Part shown: positions 43,131 to 54,490 of the stretch, in pieces
How the letters are laid out: every line of letters begins with the position of its first letter
How positions within the stretch are numbered: the stretch's first letter is position 1
Source of the DNA: the human T2T-CHM13v2.0 reference genome, Homo sapiens
DNA: 64,000 bases
Assembly (NCBI RefSeq): GCF_009914755.1
Contig: NC_060936.1
Direction: 5' to 3' (one strand)
Made by a program: the position numbers and the translations under genes
The notes under the pieces: model-generated
Told to the model about the DNA's origin: nothing
The model's database searches: none
What the model saw: only the letters and a program-made list of their open reading frames with translations

Positions 43131-44379
43131 TTCAGTATAAATAAAATGTTGCATTCAACAACGTTTCTCCAGCATATTAAGTTTATGCCTCCCCCGATTA
43201 TACTTCTGATCAATAGACGTTCATCAGCTTATCTATATAAAAAAATCAGAATTTATGAATGAGAAAATTGCAGAACATTCTCAGCCAACACATGGGGGCA
43301 CCCCCCAAAAAGAGAAAGATCTTGGCCCTAAGACATGTATTCCTATTGACACCCAGACTTTTACAAATTAAAAGTCTACTATTTGAATGGCAGAAAGCCT
43401 CAGCTTTCCTATTTGAACTACTCTGTCTAACAAGGACTTATCTATGGTATGATTTCCAGGATATTTTGTTAAGGGAAAAAGCAATGGTTGGGAAATGGCT
43501 ATAAAGGAAATTTACTTTTCATTATATGCTCTTTGTACTTTTAAATTTTATACAATATGTACATAATGTTTATTCAAAATATTAATATTCAATTAATTTT
43601 AAAACAAATTTAAACAATTATCTTAAAAGTGACTCCATTTGGCTAGTTTCAAATAAAAAAATAAGAGGGAATAGGGATCCTGCGAATTCAAAGGCACAAT
43701 ACAAGTTAATATACAAAAATGATCTATTGAAAAAAATAATATTTTTAAAATAAAACTGAAGATCTTATCCAAATTCCCAACTAATTCCACTTGGCTTTTT
43801 TCTTTTTCTTGGAGACCTGCTCTCTAACAGCTTGAAAGCTATTTTTTTCCTCTTACATTTTCTCCATGATGTGTCCTCATTTCCAGTGTTAATTAGGTAG
43901 GCCTTACAACAAAAGAGTCTGAAAAATTTCCCCATCATAGTTGTTATCTATTATACACGACTGATATATAGAGTGAGTTAGATTTTTTCCAATTAACCTG
44001 AAGGACTTGGAAGAATGACTTTGAGATTTAACACTAAGAACTTTTGACTACTTTTTGAATAATATAAAGATTTATATTTTCATAAAAGATTAATTTTTAA
44101 AGTTTGCATTAGGACAAAAATAAAGCAATTTTAAGCAAATGTACAGAATGCAAATCACTAAATTAAACATTTTAAACCACTATAGTACAGTAAAATTATA
44201 CTTAAAACTGGTTTATGAATGGATCAAGAAAACTAGAATCCTTTATTGCTCTTAACCTTTCTCTTATAACATCTCAGGGCATCTCCAGCTAACTCAAGGA
44301 TGTCAAAGAGTCTCAAACAGTTCTGTCTATAAAAGTTTATTTACAGTTCAACTTAAAATTTACAAAATCATCATATCAG

Positions 44380-44625
44380 GTGTCATTTACTGAGTGCTTA
44401 CCAAGTCTTCAACATGGTGCTATGTGCCTTACTTCATTTAATCTCTAGAACAAACCCATGAGATAGATATTACTATCATCTTTATTTTCTACATGCACAA
44501 ATTAAGGCATAGTGAAAAAAAGGAAATAACATGAAAAGGGTCACATAGCTGGCTGGTAATAGAACTAGTTCTCAGGCCAATGTTTCTCTGACTTCAACTT
44601 TTGTGTTCTTGACCACTATGTTAAA
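44380..44625 (-). mobile_element. MIR
   Basis: catttactgagtgcttacc...aaacccatgagatagatattactatcatctttattttc. Confidence 0.75.
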
Positions 44626-46849
44626 TTCTTCAAGGAGAACTGGGGTTTGGCATAACATTAAGCAATTAAAATCTTATTTAAAACAGATTAAGGATCACCA
44701 ACATAAAGAGAAGTTACGTCTTAATTATCTAAGCCAATTCAAGCAGGGTACGGTCAAAAAGCCTTTGGTGAGAGTGCTTTTTGTTTGTTGTTTTATTTGT
44801 TCATTTTATAACAGAAAAAGAATCATTGGTATCTACACCCCTAATTCACACAAAGTTCATTAAAACACATTCATTTATCAAACATAATTGAATCACTTTT
44901 ATCACTGGAGACAGTTTCAAGATCAGATGTGTCTAGTGAGTGAGCATGAGTGTAGATCCCTTAGGCAGATCAACAGAACCCTCCATGAGTATGTGCCCAC
45001 TCTGCAAAATCTACCCAAGAGCTACTTTGCAGATCTTCCCTTGTAAAATTAAGATTCAGAAAACTGAATTTAATAGGATAGTAAAGAACTAGAAGCAAAG
45101 CTTCCTTAATTCCAAATTGTCTTTATTACAGTAAAGTATATTTAATGATTTGTGTACATGAAATTTGCATTTGTTCAGATAAAGCAGAATAAATTCAAAA
45201 TAAAACTAAAAAATTCTTATTGGAAAAGCAGATGTATCTACAGTTTTTCTTTTTAATTTCTTTTTATCAAATTGTCTCAGATTTTCTTCTCAATTTCTCC
45301 TCTTTTCTCACATAAAGATATATATTTTGGTAATGTATTTCCACTGTGAGTCATATTGGTAAGAAAAGGTATGCCATGTCCCAACTGTTCTGAGAATTTT
45401 CCCTTGCTTCTGAATTTTTTTAGACTTCGTATGTAAAAATGATATACACTTATACATATTTCTGGAAAAAATATGCCTTAAAAAAACAAATATTAATGAA
45501 ATCAACATATACCTTTTATGATGAAAAATGTGCTAATTTGGCCATGCCAGGAAATGTAATAGTTTGACATTAATAATAAATGCTAACTTTGGATATAACT
45601 AGCAAGATAACTTTTTTCTAACAAAAATAATTTCTATTATCCATACTATAACAGTAATAAAATAAACTTAAAAAAAATCAACCAACCTCAATCCATTTGA
45701 AGTTACTTTTGAAGTAAAGCAACACTCATGTAGGCCTCATGCTTCATTTTTGTCATTTTGAAACAACACATATTAAAAAGCTACAAAAACACTTAGGGGT
45801 GCAACTTAAATTTATATTCATTTAACAACTCACAGAAATAATTAAAATCTCATCTTATGCTTTGATATGTGGCTAAGAAATCCATTATTTGCACAGAAAA
45901 AAAAAGCATTTATCATCAAAATGTCTGATCTCTTCTTTGATACTGCAGCAATTTTTTTTCAGCTTTGCCATTTGTTACCAACTTTTTCCCAGTTATAAAT
46001 ATTTTAATTTGATTTAAGTCAGCAAGTGCTTGTAGGGGACTGTCAAATCTTTTAGAGTTATGCTTTAAATCATTACTGAAAGATTTGCTTTTAGTATAAT
46101 AAGATAGCTTTGTATATTAATTAGATCATCAGACACATATTTGCTGAGGTTTAGCAATTGTGTAATAAATACAATATGGCAGTGATAAAGCTGTAAACCT
46201 TGGCACATAGCTTCAGCTTTCTAATACATTTTATTGAATTACCCAAGAAATAATCACCCTGCTAAATCCAAGTTAAACACCTGATGGAATCTTAGGATAT
46301 TTAATTAAAAATGAAGTTATGCTGTACATGCGGGTGATTTTATACAGTGGCTAAAAAAGAAGTCCATAAAAAATTAATTTCGCTCAGTAAAAATCATACA
46401 CATCGCCCTTTTGTGAAGTGGTAAATGAATGCAACCATTCCTACTAAGATACACATGATGCAGAAACAGAAATGAGGGGAGGGTGTTTCAGAAGAGACTT
46501 CAACTAAAGGAACAAGGGGTGGTAAGTGCAAGACACATTAAGATTTCAAAAAGCAAGTAAATCCTATTATTTCATCCTCAGTGATTCCACTGTGATGGCT
46601 CAGCAGATGGCCACTGGGGCTGCACAATAATTTCCTTTCTAAGCTATCAGGCAGCATCCAACTCCAGCAGGCCAAATTTAGGCCATTCCTATACTTGGAA
46701 ATTTTGTCAATCTGGAAGCATCCTTTAACTTTGCAGAGAAAAACTGCCACAGTCTTCACTGTTAAAGACAACAGGTTGAAGGGGGCATAACAAAAGGCAG
46801 AGACCTGATGAAGGATGATGGTGTGATGAATTCCTGGGACGAAGCATGG

Positions 46850-46995
46850 CATAAGAAATAAAGGAAAGCAGGAAGAAAAGAAGAAAGAGAAGGAGGGAGG
46901 AAGGCAGGACAGGAAAGAGAGAGAGAGGAAGAAAGGGAGGGAAGCAAGGAAAGAGGAAGGAGTGAGAGAAAGGGGAAGGAAGGAAAAGAGAAACA
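46850..46995. repeat. GA-rich low-complexity tract
   Basis: Directly visible polypurine tract. Confidence 0.85.
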
Positions 46996-47209
46996 CTGGG
47001 CTAGAAATCAGAAGACCCAAGTTCTAGAATGTAGATCTGGATCAACAATGAAACACCTATATAAGCTACTTCACGTTTCTGTGCCATATCTGCCATATGA
47101 TAGTACAGAACTAGATAACTCTGAAAGCTTCAACTAATATTCAGAAAAGTCCAACAAATATGGACACAGCCACACCATCTTTTTCTTCATCATTTAATTG
47201 ATCACTCAT

Positions 47210-47885
47210 GTGTGCATTTATTTATTCACCAAATATTTATGGAACAACTACTAAGAGGCAGGCCTTGTACTGTTTCGTGATGATACAAAAGCAAATAAGA
47301 TACATCCTGTACCCTCATGAGATTCACTGCCTGGGGGTGGGAATGAAGTGAGATGGCAGAAGGACAAGAGGGTAAAGCTGGGTAGATATGCAGGGCCAAA
47401 TCCTGAAGGGCCTTATTTATCATGTTAAAAATGTGGCCTTTATCCTGAGGGCAATGGGGAACATGAAAGTTTTTCTTCAGTCTGGAGTGATATGATCAGA
47501 TTTGTGCTCTGTTATTCTGTGGATACTGGACTAGCCAGAGACAAACCTGAAAGTCCCCAACAACTGTAGCACTGACCAGAATAGAAAAAATGGACCCTGG
47601 TAAAGACAAGGAATCAAAAGGATTTGACTGGATGTGAAAGAGGACAAGAGGGAAATTGCTCCCTGATGACTGGCTTAGAAGACTTGGTGGATAAGGTGGC
47701 TATTCGCTGAAATAAACTAGTAAGGAAGGAAGAAAAGAATATTCAGGTTTTGGTAGAGGATGGTAACTGGTGAGGCATGAATCATGGAGGAGATAATGAA
47801 TTCAGATTGAGGTCTTTGGATTTAAGGCCCCCCAAAGAAACATACTGGGATGCACTGGATAAAAGCCTGGATTTGGGAGCAGAAT
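47210..47885 (-). mobile_element. L2 fragments
   Basis: ttcaccaaatatttatggaacaactac; ggcctttatcctgagggcaatgggg; gagtgatatgatcagatttgtg. Confidence 0.7.
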
Positions 47886-49857
47886 GACCTTTGTATCAGC
47901 TTCTAACTCTGATGCTAGGAAAAAGGAAAACATTAAACACCCTGAACCCAGTATTTCTGTATGCAAATACAGATAATAACTGCCTTAGAAGAGAATGGCG
48001 AAGAGTAAGGTGATGTATAAAGGGTACAACACAGAGGGAAGTTAAGTAACTTGCCCAAGGCAACATAACATATAAACAGTACAACTAAATTTTGAGTCCA
48101 CATCTGTTCTCAAAGCCCTTGGCTGCCACAGACAGCTATTTAGAATCAGTCTGGGATTGTCTTCTTACAGACTGAAGGTTCAAGTATAATGAAATAGAGA
48201 TAGCTACATGTTCTCTTGGGTTATTTTTAACTCCAGTCTTAAATATTACATTGCCAGTATTAATTTTATGCCATTCCAGATTTCTACAATCTTGTGATAT
48301 TTTCTCCTAGTGGAAGAATCCTGTGCAGGATTGTGCACGGCCACTGTTCATCCCAGATTTTCTGGGACAGCTTTTATTTCAAAATTCCACACCATTATCT
48401 TCACACCATTGAAATGTCCTGAAAAAGCCAGTATTTCTGTATCCAGCCTCTGTACCAGAAGCGGCACACAAATATTGTATTCAGGAAGCCTTGTGATCAG
48501 AGGTGTTGATGTGCAGGAGGTCCACAGTGCACCTTGATGTGTAGGGGCAAACTGGTGGAGAGCATGCCATAGAAACATGAGAGGACTACTGCAGTAGAGG
48601 TGCCTGATTTGATTTAGTATATCATATGATAGTTACTAAAAACCTGTATTTCTAACAAGTTATCAATCTCTATAGGTGACTCTCATGCACAATAAATTTA
48701 GGGAGCTTCTGATTTAGGAAATGATCCCCTTAAGAAAGAATCCTACATACCAAAGATAGACACTATGCATTGTCCGTCACAGACTTTTGAAATCAGTCAC
48801 TGAAGTTTGAAAAACACCACTTAGCAGTACTTATAGAAAGAGATGATCTAGTGATGTAAGCCCTTTTGTGAGCATCCTTCTGTGCACAGTAGCAGATTCT
48901 ATTCAGTAAAATGTTCACTTCCCAAATGGAGCAGAACATTTTCTGTCTCACATTCTGGTAAATCAGTGTTTTTATTAAACTAGATGACTCTGCAAGTGGA
49001 ATAGAGGCAGAGCATGTACTGTATCTATTGCATTGAGATTTATGAAAAGCAGTATGAGATGACAACTGTCAATTGCCAGTGGCAGAAGCTTTCTTTTAGG
49101 AAGAATAACCTGATTTTCTGAGGTCATCACTATTGGAACCTACTGAACCCAATGCAACCAAAACCACTACTAGTATGATTTTAATTAGGACTTAATACTC
49201 AAAACATTTTTTTAAATTCCCAAGATGTGTTTTTCATTGGACAACGTATTTTACTTTAGGGTTATAAGTTATATGTAGACTATATATTGTTTTTAAAATA
49301 ATTTTTAAAGTTTTTAATATTCACGTCCATCAGAAAGAGTAAGTTCAGAATGGATCTGAATGAGAAATAATTGAGGAGTAGAAAACTTTAATTATTTTCC
49401 AGATAAATAATTATTAATGAATAATTAAAGGGCCAGATAAAAATTTATTAAAAATTCCTAATTGTGGATGCAGGTGATAGTGTGTTCTCGGCACTGAGTT
49501 GGCCATAAGCTTGAAATCTAGGCTTTAATATAGTCATATAGATTCCAGTAAAAATGGATTCCAAATGAGTAAAATGAATTATGAAGTCATAAAATCCTGG
49601 GTAATTCCACACATGTTTCTGAAAAGTTCAATATGCGTCTAGTTATAATAGCTGCAAAACCTTTTTAGAGTGACTTTGGGGAATCGCCCAGCGAAATGCA
49701 TCACTGAAACTTCCCACCTCCTCCCTCCTATCACTTCCTTATTAATAGCTCCATGCTTTGAGAGCCCACTTGAAACTTGAAACATTATTTTCCTCATGGA
49801 TTACTTTATGCATTGGCATAAAAATTCATTTTCTAGAAGATGAAATGATATTCTTAC

Positions 49858-49953
49858 CCGTTTCACAGCTGGGTCCAGTGAAGCCTTGTGGGCAGGCACA
49901 CACATTAGCGGCAATACAGGCTCCTCCATTCCTACAGCCATCTTTGCAAAATG
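49858..49953 (-). CDS. NELL2: NELL2 internal coding exon (96 nt, phase 1-1), EGF-like repeat (A)[31 protein letters not shown]
   Basis: Minus-strand acceptor attattttAG|CATTTTGC and donor GAAACGG|GTAAGA. Splices in frame to the preceding exon (AAA G|CA = Lys-Ala). Not in the ORF track; found by manual translation. Confidence 0.96.
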
Positions 49954-51496
49954 CTAAAATAATTCAGATACATGATTTTAGCACTTTAGAAGTAAGTAGT
50001 TTAATAAACTCCAAACCTAGCTTTTCATTATCCCCTTGGAGATGTAAACATCAAATTATAAAAGCTATTTTAATTTTGTTTTCATGTAATATTTCCCATA
50101 CATTTAAGAAACTTCAACACAACTTGTAAAACAGTACTCTTTCCAATGTTAAAGAAGTATTTCACCCTTAAAACAAAATACTGAAATTTATTTGAACAAC
50201 AAACAGCAAATTTACACAATAGGAAGTACATTAAAATTCAGATTTCTTCTCATTGTAACAATCCACCTTGAAAATAAACCTGAAAATGGCAGCTATCCTA
50301 GATGGAGCAAACCACCATCTAAAGAACGAGACCATGAAACAGGAAATGGTTGAATCCCATGAGGCTCTGACCATTTTGCACACTAGCCAAAGTGCCAAAA
50401 TAGTAGGAAATGTTCCATCCTTCAAAAATTTGTAAGCGGGTCCTGGTAATGAATTAACCAATAGTAAGAAAAATTCATTAGAGTGGTCTTCAGGGAGACT
50501 CTTAAATTCCTCTGCTAAGGATAGGTCAGAATCCAGGATCAAGGGCCAAGACACTATATAACCTGTTTTATCAGAGTGGTTTTGGGAATGAGGCAAGTTG
50601 TTCTGTGAGTAGGAAGCTGAACCATTGCAAGGGAGCCAAGGTCTGTACCATTGCAAGGGCGATCTCTTGAAATGTGCTGTCTTCGAAGAAGTGCATAAAA
50701 GAAGGAGAGAAGAGCAAGACAAGTGAGTACAACAAGAGAAGAAGAGAAAAACAAGATGGATGAGACTGAGCCCCCTTTAGAAGCTTTTATTTCCACTTTG
50801 GCTTATTCTTTGGCTCTGTAAGGCTCAGCAGCTGCTTCCTCAGCCTGACAAAGTCTATAATGAGTGAATTAGACCAGCTTGTTCCCGGCATTAAGACAAA
50901 AGTTTTCTCTATAGTTTTCTGGCATGTGCTTCCTCTAGTTAGGTAGAATACACTTTTTCAGAGTAATAAAATGTAGAAATCTGAAATTCTAGTGATGAGT
51001 TAAAGAAATGGACTCAAAGAGTCCATTTGGCTTCTTTGGTTTAAACCTCATAAGTGATAAAGAATGTGCGTGTCAGACCATGTACATATTTTCACTGGAG
51101 TAATTTGCAAGGTTGCAGCCTGTTGATACCGCACAGAACTCAATGATTCAGCTCCTACATTTAATCTACTTATCTCTCAGATTTTTCCCATTCCAAACAA
51201 AGATATACAGGAACCGAACAGTCTTTATTCGGGCAACCTGTAGTCCTAACTTCCAGAAGGAATTTATAGATCCTTGAAAGTTCTCCTTCTTTCAAATACA
51301 AGAATTATCTGTCTGCATCTGTTCATAATTTTCAGAGCTCTTTATTCTATGAACTTTATTCTTCATACTACATAGGAATTTGTATCAAGCAGAAATAAGA
51401 GAAAAGCTTTTGGGCTCCTAGATGAAACCTTAAGCCTAAGCAAACTCTCAGAACCTTCAGGTGATTTGGGGGAAGTCCTAAGGACTTAGTTATATT

Positions 51497-52249
51497 GTAG
51501 TCTCCGCTCATGCATTGGAAATGCATTTCAAGATCCCCAGTGGATCCCTGAAACCTCAGACAGCACAGAAATCTATTTTTGCATATATATATACATATAT
51601 ATATGTATATATATATTTTTCCTATACAGACATACTATGATAAAGTTTAAAGTATAAGTTATGCATAGTAAGAGATTAACAACAGTAATTTATAATAAAA
51701 TAGGTCAATTATGTTGCATTTTGGGGCCATTAACAGTAAAATAAAAATTACTTGTTTTTGTTTTACCCATTTTGAGTTAGGTTTTGTACATGGTGTTTGT
51801 TTTTTGTTTTGTTTTGTTTTTGTTTGTTTTTTGGTGGAGATGTTGCCCAATCTGGTCTCAAACTCTACACTCAAGCAATCCATCTGCCTTGGCCCCCCAA
51901 AGTGCTAGGATTACAGGTGTGAGCCACCAAGCCCAGTGAAAATAAGGTTTACGTGAATACAAGCATTGTGATACCTCAACAGTGTATTTGATAATCGGGA
52001 AGGCTACTAAGTGACTAATGGTGGCTAGTTGTAGACAGTGTGGACACACTGGACAAAGGGATGATTCACATCCCAGGCAGCATGAGGTTGGACAGTGAGA
52101 GATCTCATCATGCTACTCAGAATGGTGCACAGTTTTAAACTTAAGAATTGTTTATTTCTAGAATTTTCCATTTAACATTTTCAGACTGCATTTGACTGTG
52201 GGTAACTAAAACCATCAAAAGCAAAACTGTGGGTAAGAGGGAACTGCTG
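51497..52249. mobile_element. MER44-like (TcMar-Tigger) DNA transposon with a nested FLAM/Alu monomer (about 51795-51936, minus)
   Basis: caagatccccagtggatccctgaaacc, gctactcagaatggtgcacagttttaaacttaagaattgtttatttct, ends gaactgctg-ta; lies in the intron between the two exons. Confidence 0.85.
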
Positions 52250-53536
52250 TACTATACTTTACATTCTAAAAGTCTAGCTTTTCTCAGGATTTGTTTAGTT
52301 TTTCCAAGCAAATTTTTGTGGGATTTGAATCCCCAAATAATTAGGCCTTTTTCAAAATGACCTACACTGATGATTTCCATGGAGTTTTGAAAATCAGGGT
52401 AATCTTCTGGCCTACCCATCTCTGGCTACAGTGTATTTTTGTAGACCAGGCCTTAAGAACCATCCTTATAAGACACTGCGTTAACAACTATTCCTTGTTC
52501 TTTCCTACCTCACACAGACACGGTATCATAGCAAACTGATTTTAGTGAACTCTGAGATAAAGGACACGGTATATTTGAGAAATCAGCAGTTTTGAAGCTT
52601 AAAATGCCTAAATTGGATAAATCATATGACATTATAAGGGATGTAAATGTTATACTATGGGAGTTCACAGTTTCCAAAAAGGTCTTCTATTTCCCTTAGG
52701 AGGTAGGAGGGAAAGAGTACAGTGGGGGAAAAGGCGAGTTAATGGATTGTGGTGAACTACAGTTGTATTGTCTACTGATGGAAAAAGAAATCTGATTTCA
52801 ATGGGACATTTAAAAGAATGATCAATCGGCATTAACAAAGAAGCTAAAATAGGAAACTATAACATGTAGAGAATCAATATTCATGGTTAATTAATCTTCC
52901 ACAGTAGCCTCCGACAGCTCACAAGAGAGCAAAAAAAAAAAAACAAAAAAAAAAACTGTCCTACTGACTCAAAATGGAGTTGATTCACATGGTAGCATAA
53001 CAAATAGGTTGACAACGCTGCCAGAAAACAGCTATGATGATGTACGCATGTTTGGGCTCGAAAAGAAACATCTGAAGCTGGGAGAGTGCTAAACTGGATG
53101 AAAAGGAAGGTTCAACGAAATTAAAGATCAAAAGGTGTAGAAAGAACAGACTGAGCAAACTGGAAGAAGAGGAACTTGGGATTAGACAATAGAATGTTGA
53201 AGTTTAAGACTTCCAAGATGGAGCAGTTCTCCACAAAAATGCCCAGGATGTGGTGATGGGTGTGGGTTTGATAGAAAGGAACAGAGATGAAAACCACTGT
53301 GGCTAAGGTCAAGGAACATTAGGTCAAAGGAGCTGAATGGTTTGGTCACTTAAACACTGAAGTAACCCAGGAGGATGTCAAGACCTGAGGGAAAGACTAT
53401 GAGCCACACACCAAAGCTTTTGATGTCTGTAGGAAGTACCTGGAATGTACATAACAGTAATGATAAGGTGTAGAGGAAGGTAGAGATGGATGGCATTATA
53501 CATAATGGAAGAGGCACTGGCATTTAAACCTTTTAC

Positions 53537-53659
53537 CTTTGCATGTCGTTCCATTCCCTGTATAGCCCGGCTTGCAAACACAGTTGTGTCCTCCAACAGT
53601 GTTGAAGCATAAAGCATTTTCATCACAGTTGTGCTGATTTGTGATACACTCATCATGTT
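53537..53659 (-). CDS. NELL2: NELL2 internal coding exon (123 nt, phase 1-1), calcium-binding EGF-like repeat (E)HDECITNQHNCDENALCFNTVGGHNCVCKPGYTGNGTTCK
   Basis: Minus-strand acceptor cctcatttcAG|AACATGAT and donor TGCAAAG|GTAAAA. Six-Cys EGF spacing, and the peptide is recognised as NELL2 (probably the third EGF repeat; numbering from memory). Partly shown by ORF 53496..53690. Confidence 0.96.
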
Positions 53660-54289
53660 CTGAAATGAGGAATACAATTTTGTTACTCAAAGTTATATTT
53701 CCAAAGCTATATTTTAAACTACACCTTCAGTCTTGGTTATTGCATGGTAAATTCTTTCAACCACAGACATAACAAATTATAAATTATAGAAGAGCTCAGA
53801 TTTTGAAGTATTATATACTCTTCTTGATGTACATACAAGTTCACACATTCACAAACATTGAATGCAAAATAATTTGGACAAAAGGCCTACCAACGGTTGC
53901 AAGAAATAGAGAGGGGAGGCAAAGATGAGGATTAATTCTAGAAGTAGACTACAAAGTCAGCTGTATACAGTTAATATTTGGGGAGTTACTCTCATGAAAT
54001 AAATCTGTCACCTAACTCATCTCTGTAGCATGTGAACGATGTGAAATTGTATTGCTTTGTAAGTCATGACCTGTAGGATAATAAAGCTGAAGTTCTAGGA
54101 GTTAGGTGCCTGCCGTTAACACCTGCAGCCACACTTCCAAGCCTAAAGATACTTATGCTAACTGTCTGGGGAATCTTTGATCTCTTTAGTAAGTTCCCTC
54201 ACTCTGCAAAGAAAGCAGCACAAATCTATTAAAAGACAAACTTGCTTTTGTAATATGTGCAAATACAAACTTTAGAATATGTAATCAAT

Positions 54290-54490
54290 ATAGTATCTGC
54301 TCTAACTGCTTATAACTTGAAACTCTGGAAAGCATTGAATTACTTGATCCTTACAGCACCCCTGTGGGAGAGGCAGAACCAATATCATTGTAACCATTTT
54401 CAAGGTGACTCAACGGTGGCTCAGAGTGTTTAAGTAGCCTGCCCAAGTTCACAGGAATATCAAGTAACTTCAGAATTCTAGCTCAGCATT
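54290..54490 (-). mobile_element. MIR
   Basis: ggctcagagtgtttaagtagcctgcccaagttcacag. Confidence 0.7.

Noticed and set aside
46538-47020. 160-aa hydrophobic ORF
   Set aside because: Produced by the GA/CT low-complexity tract.
49758-50129. 123-aa plus-strand ORF
   Set aside because: Antisense shadow of the real NELL2 exon.
50231-50722. 163-aa minus-strand ORF between the two exons
   Set aside because: No recognisable domain, non-ATG start, and the two real exons already splice in frame.
53378-53677. 99-aa minus-strand ORF
   Set aside because: Alternative frame over the EGF exon; the Cys-patterned frame with splice sites is the real one.
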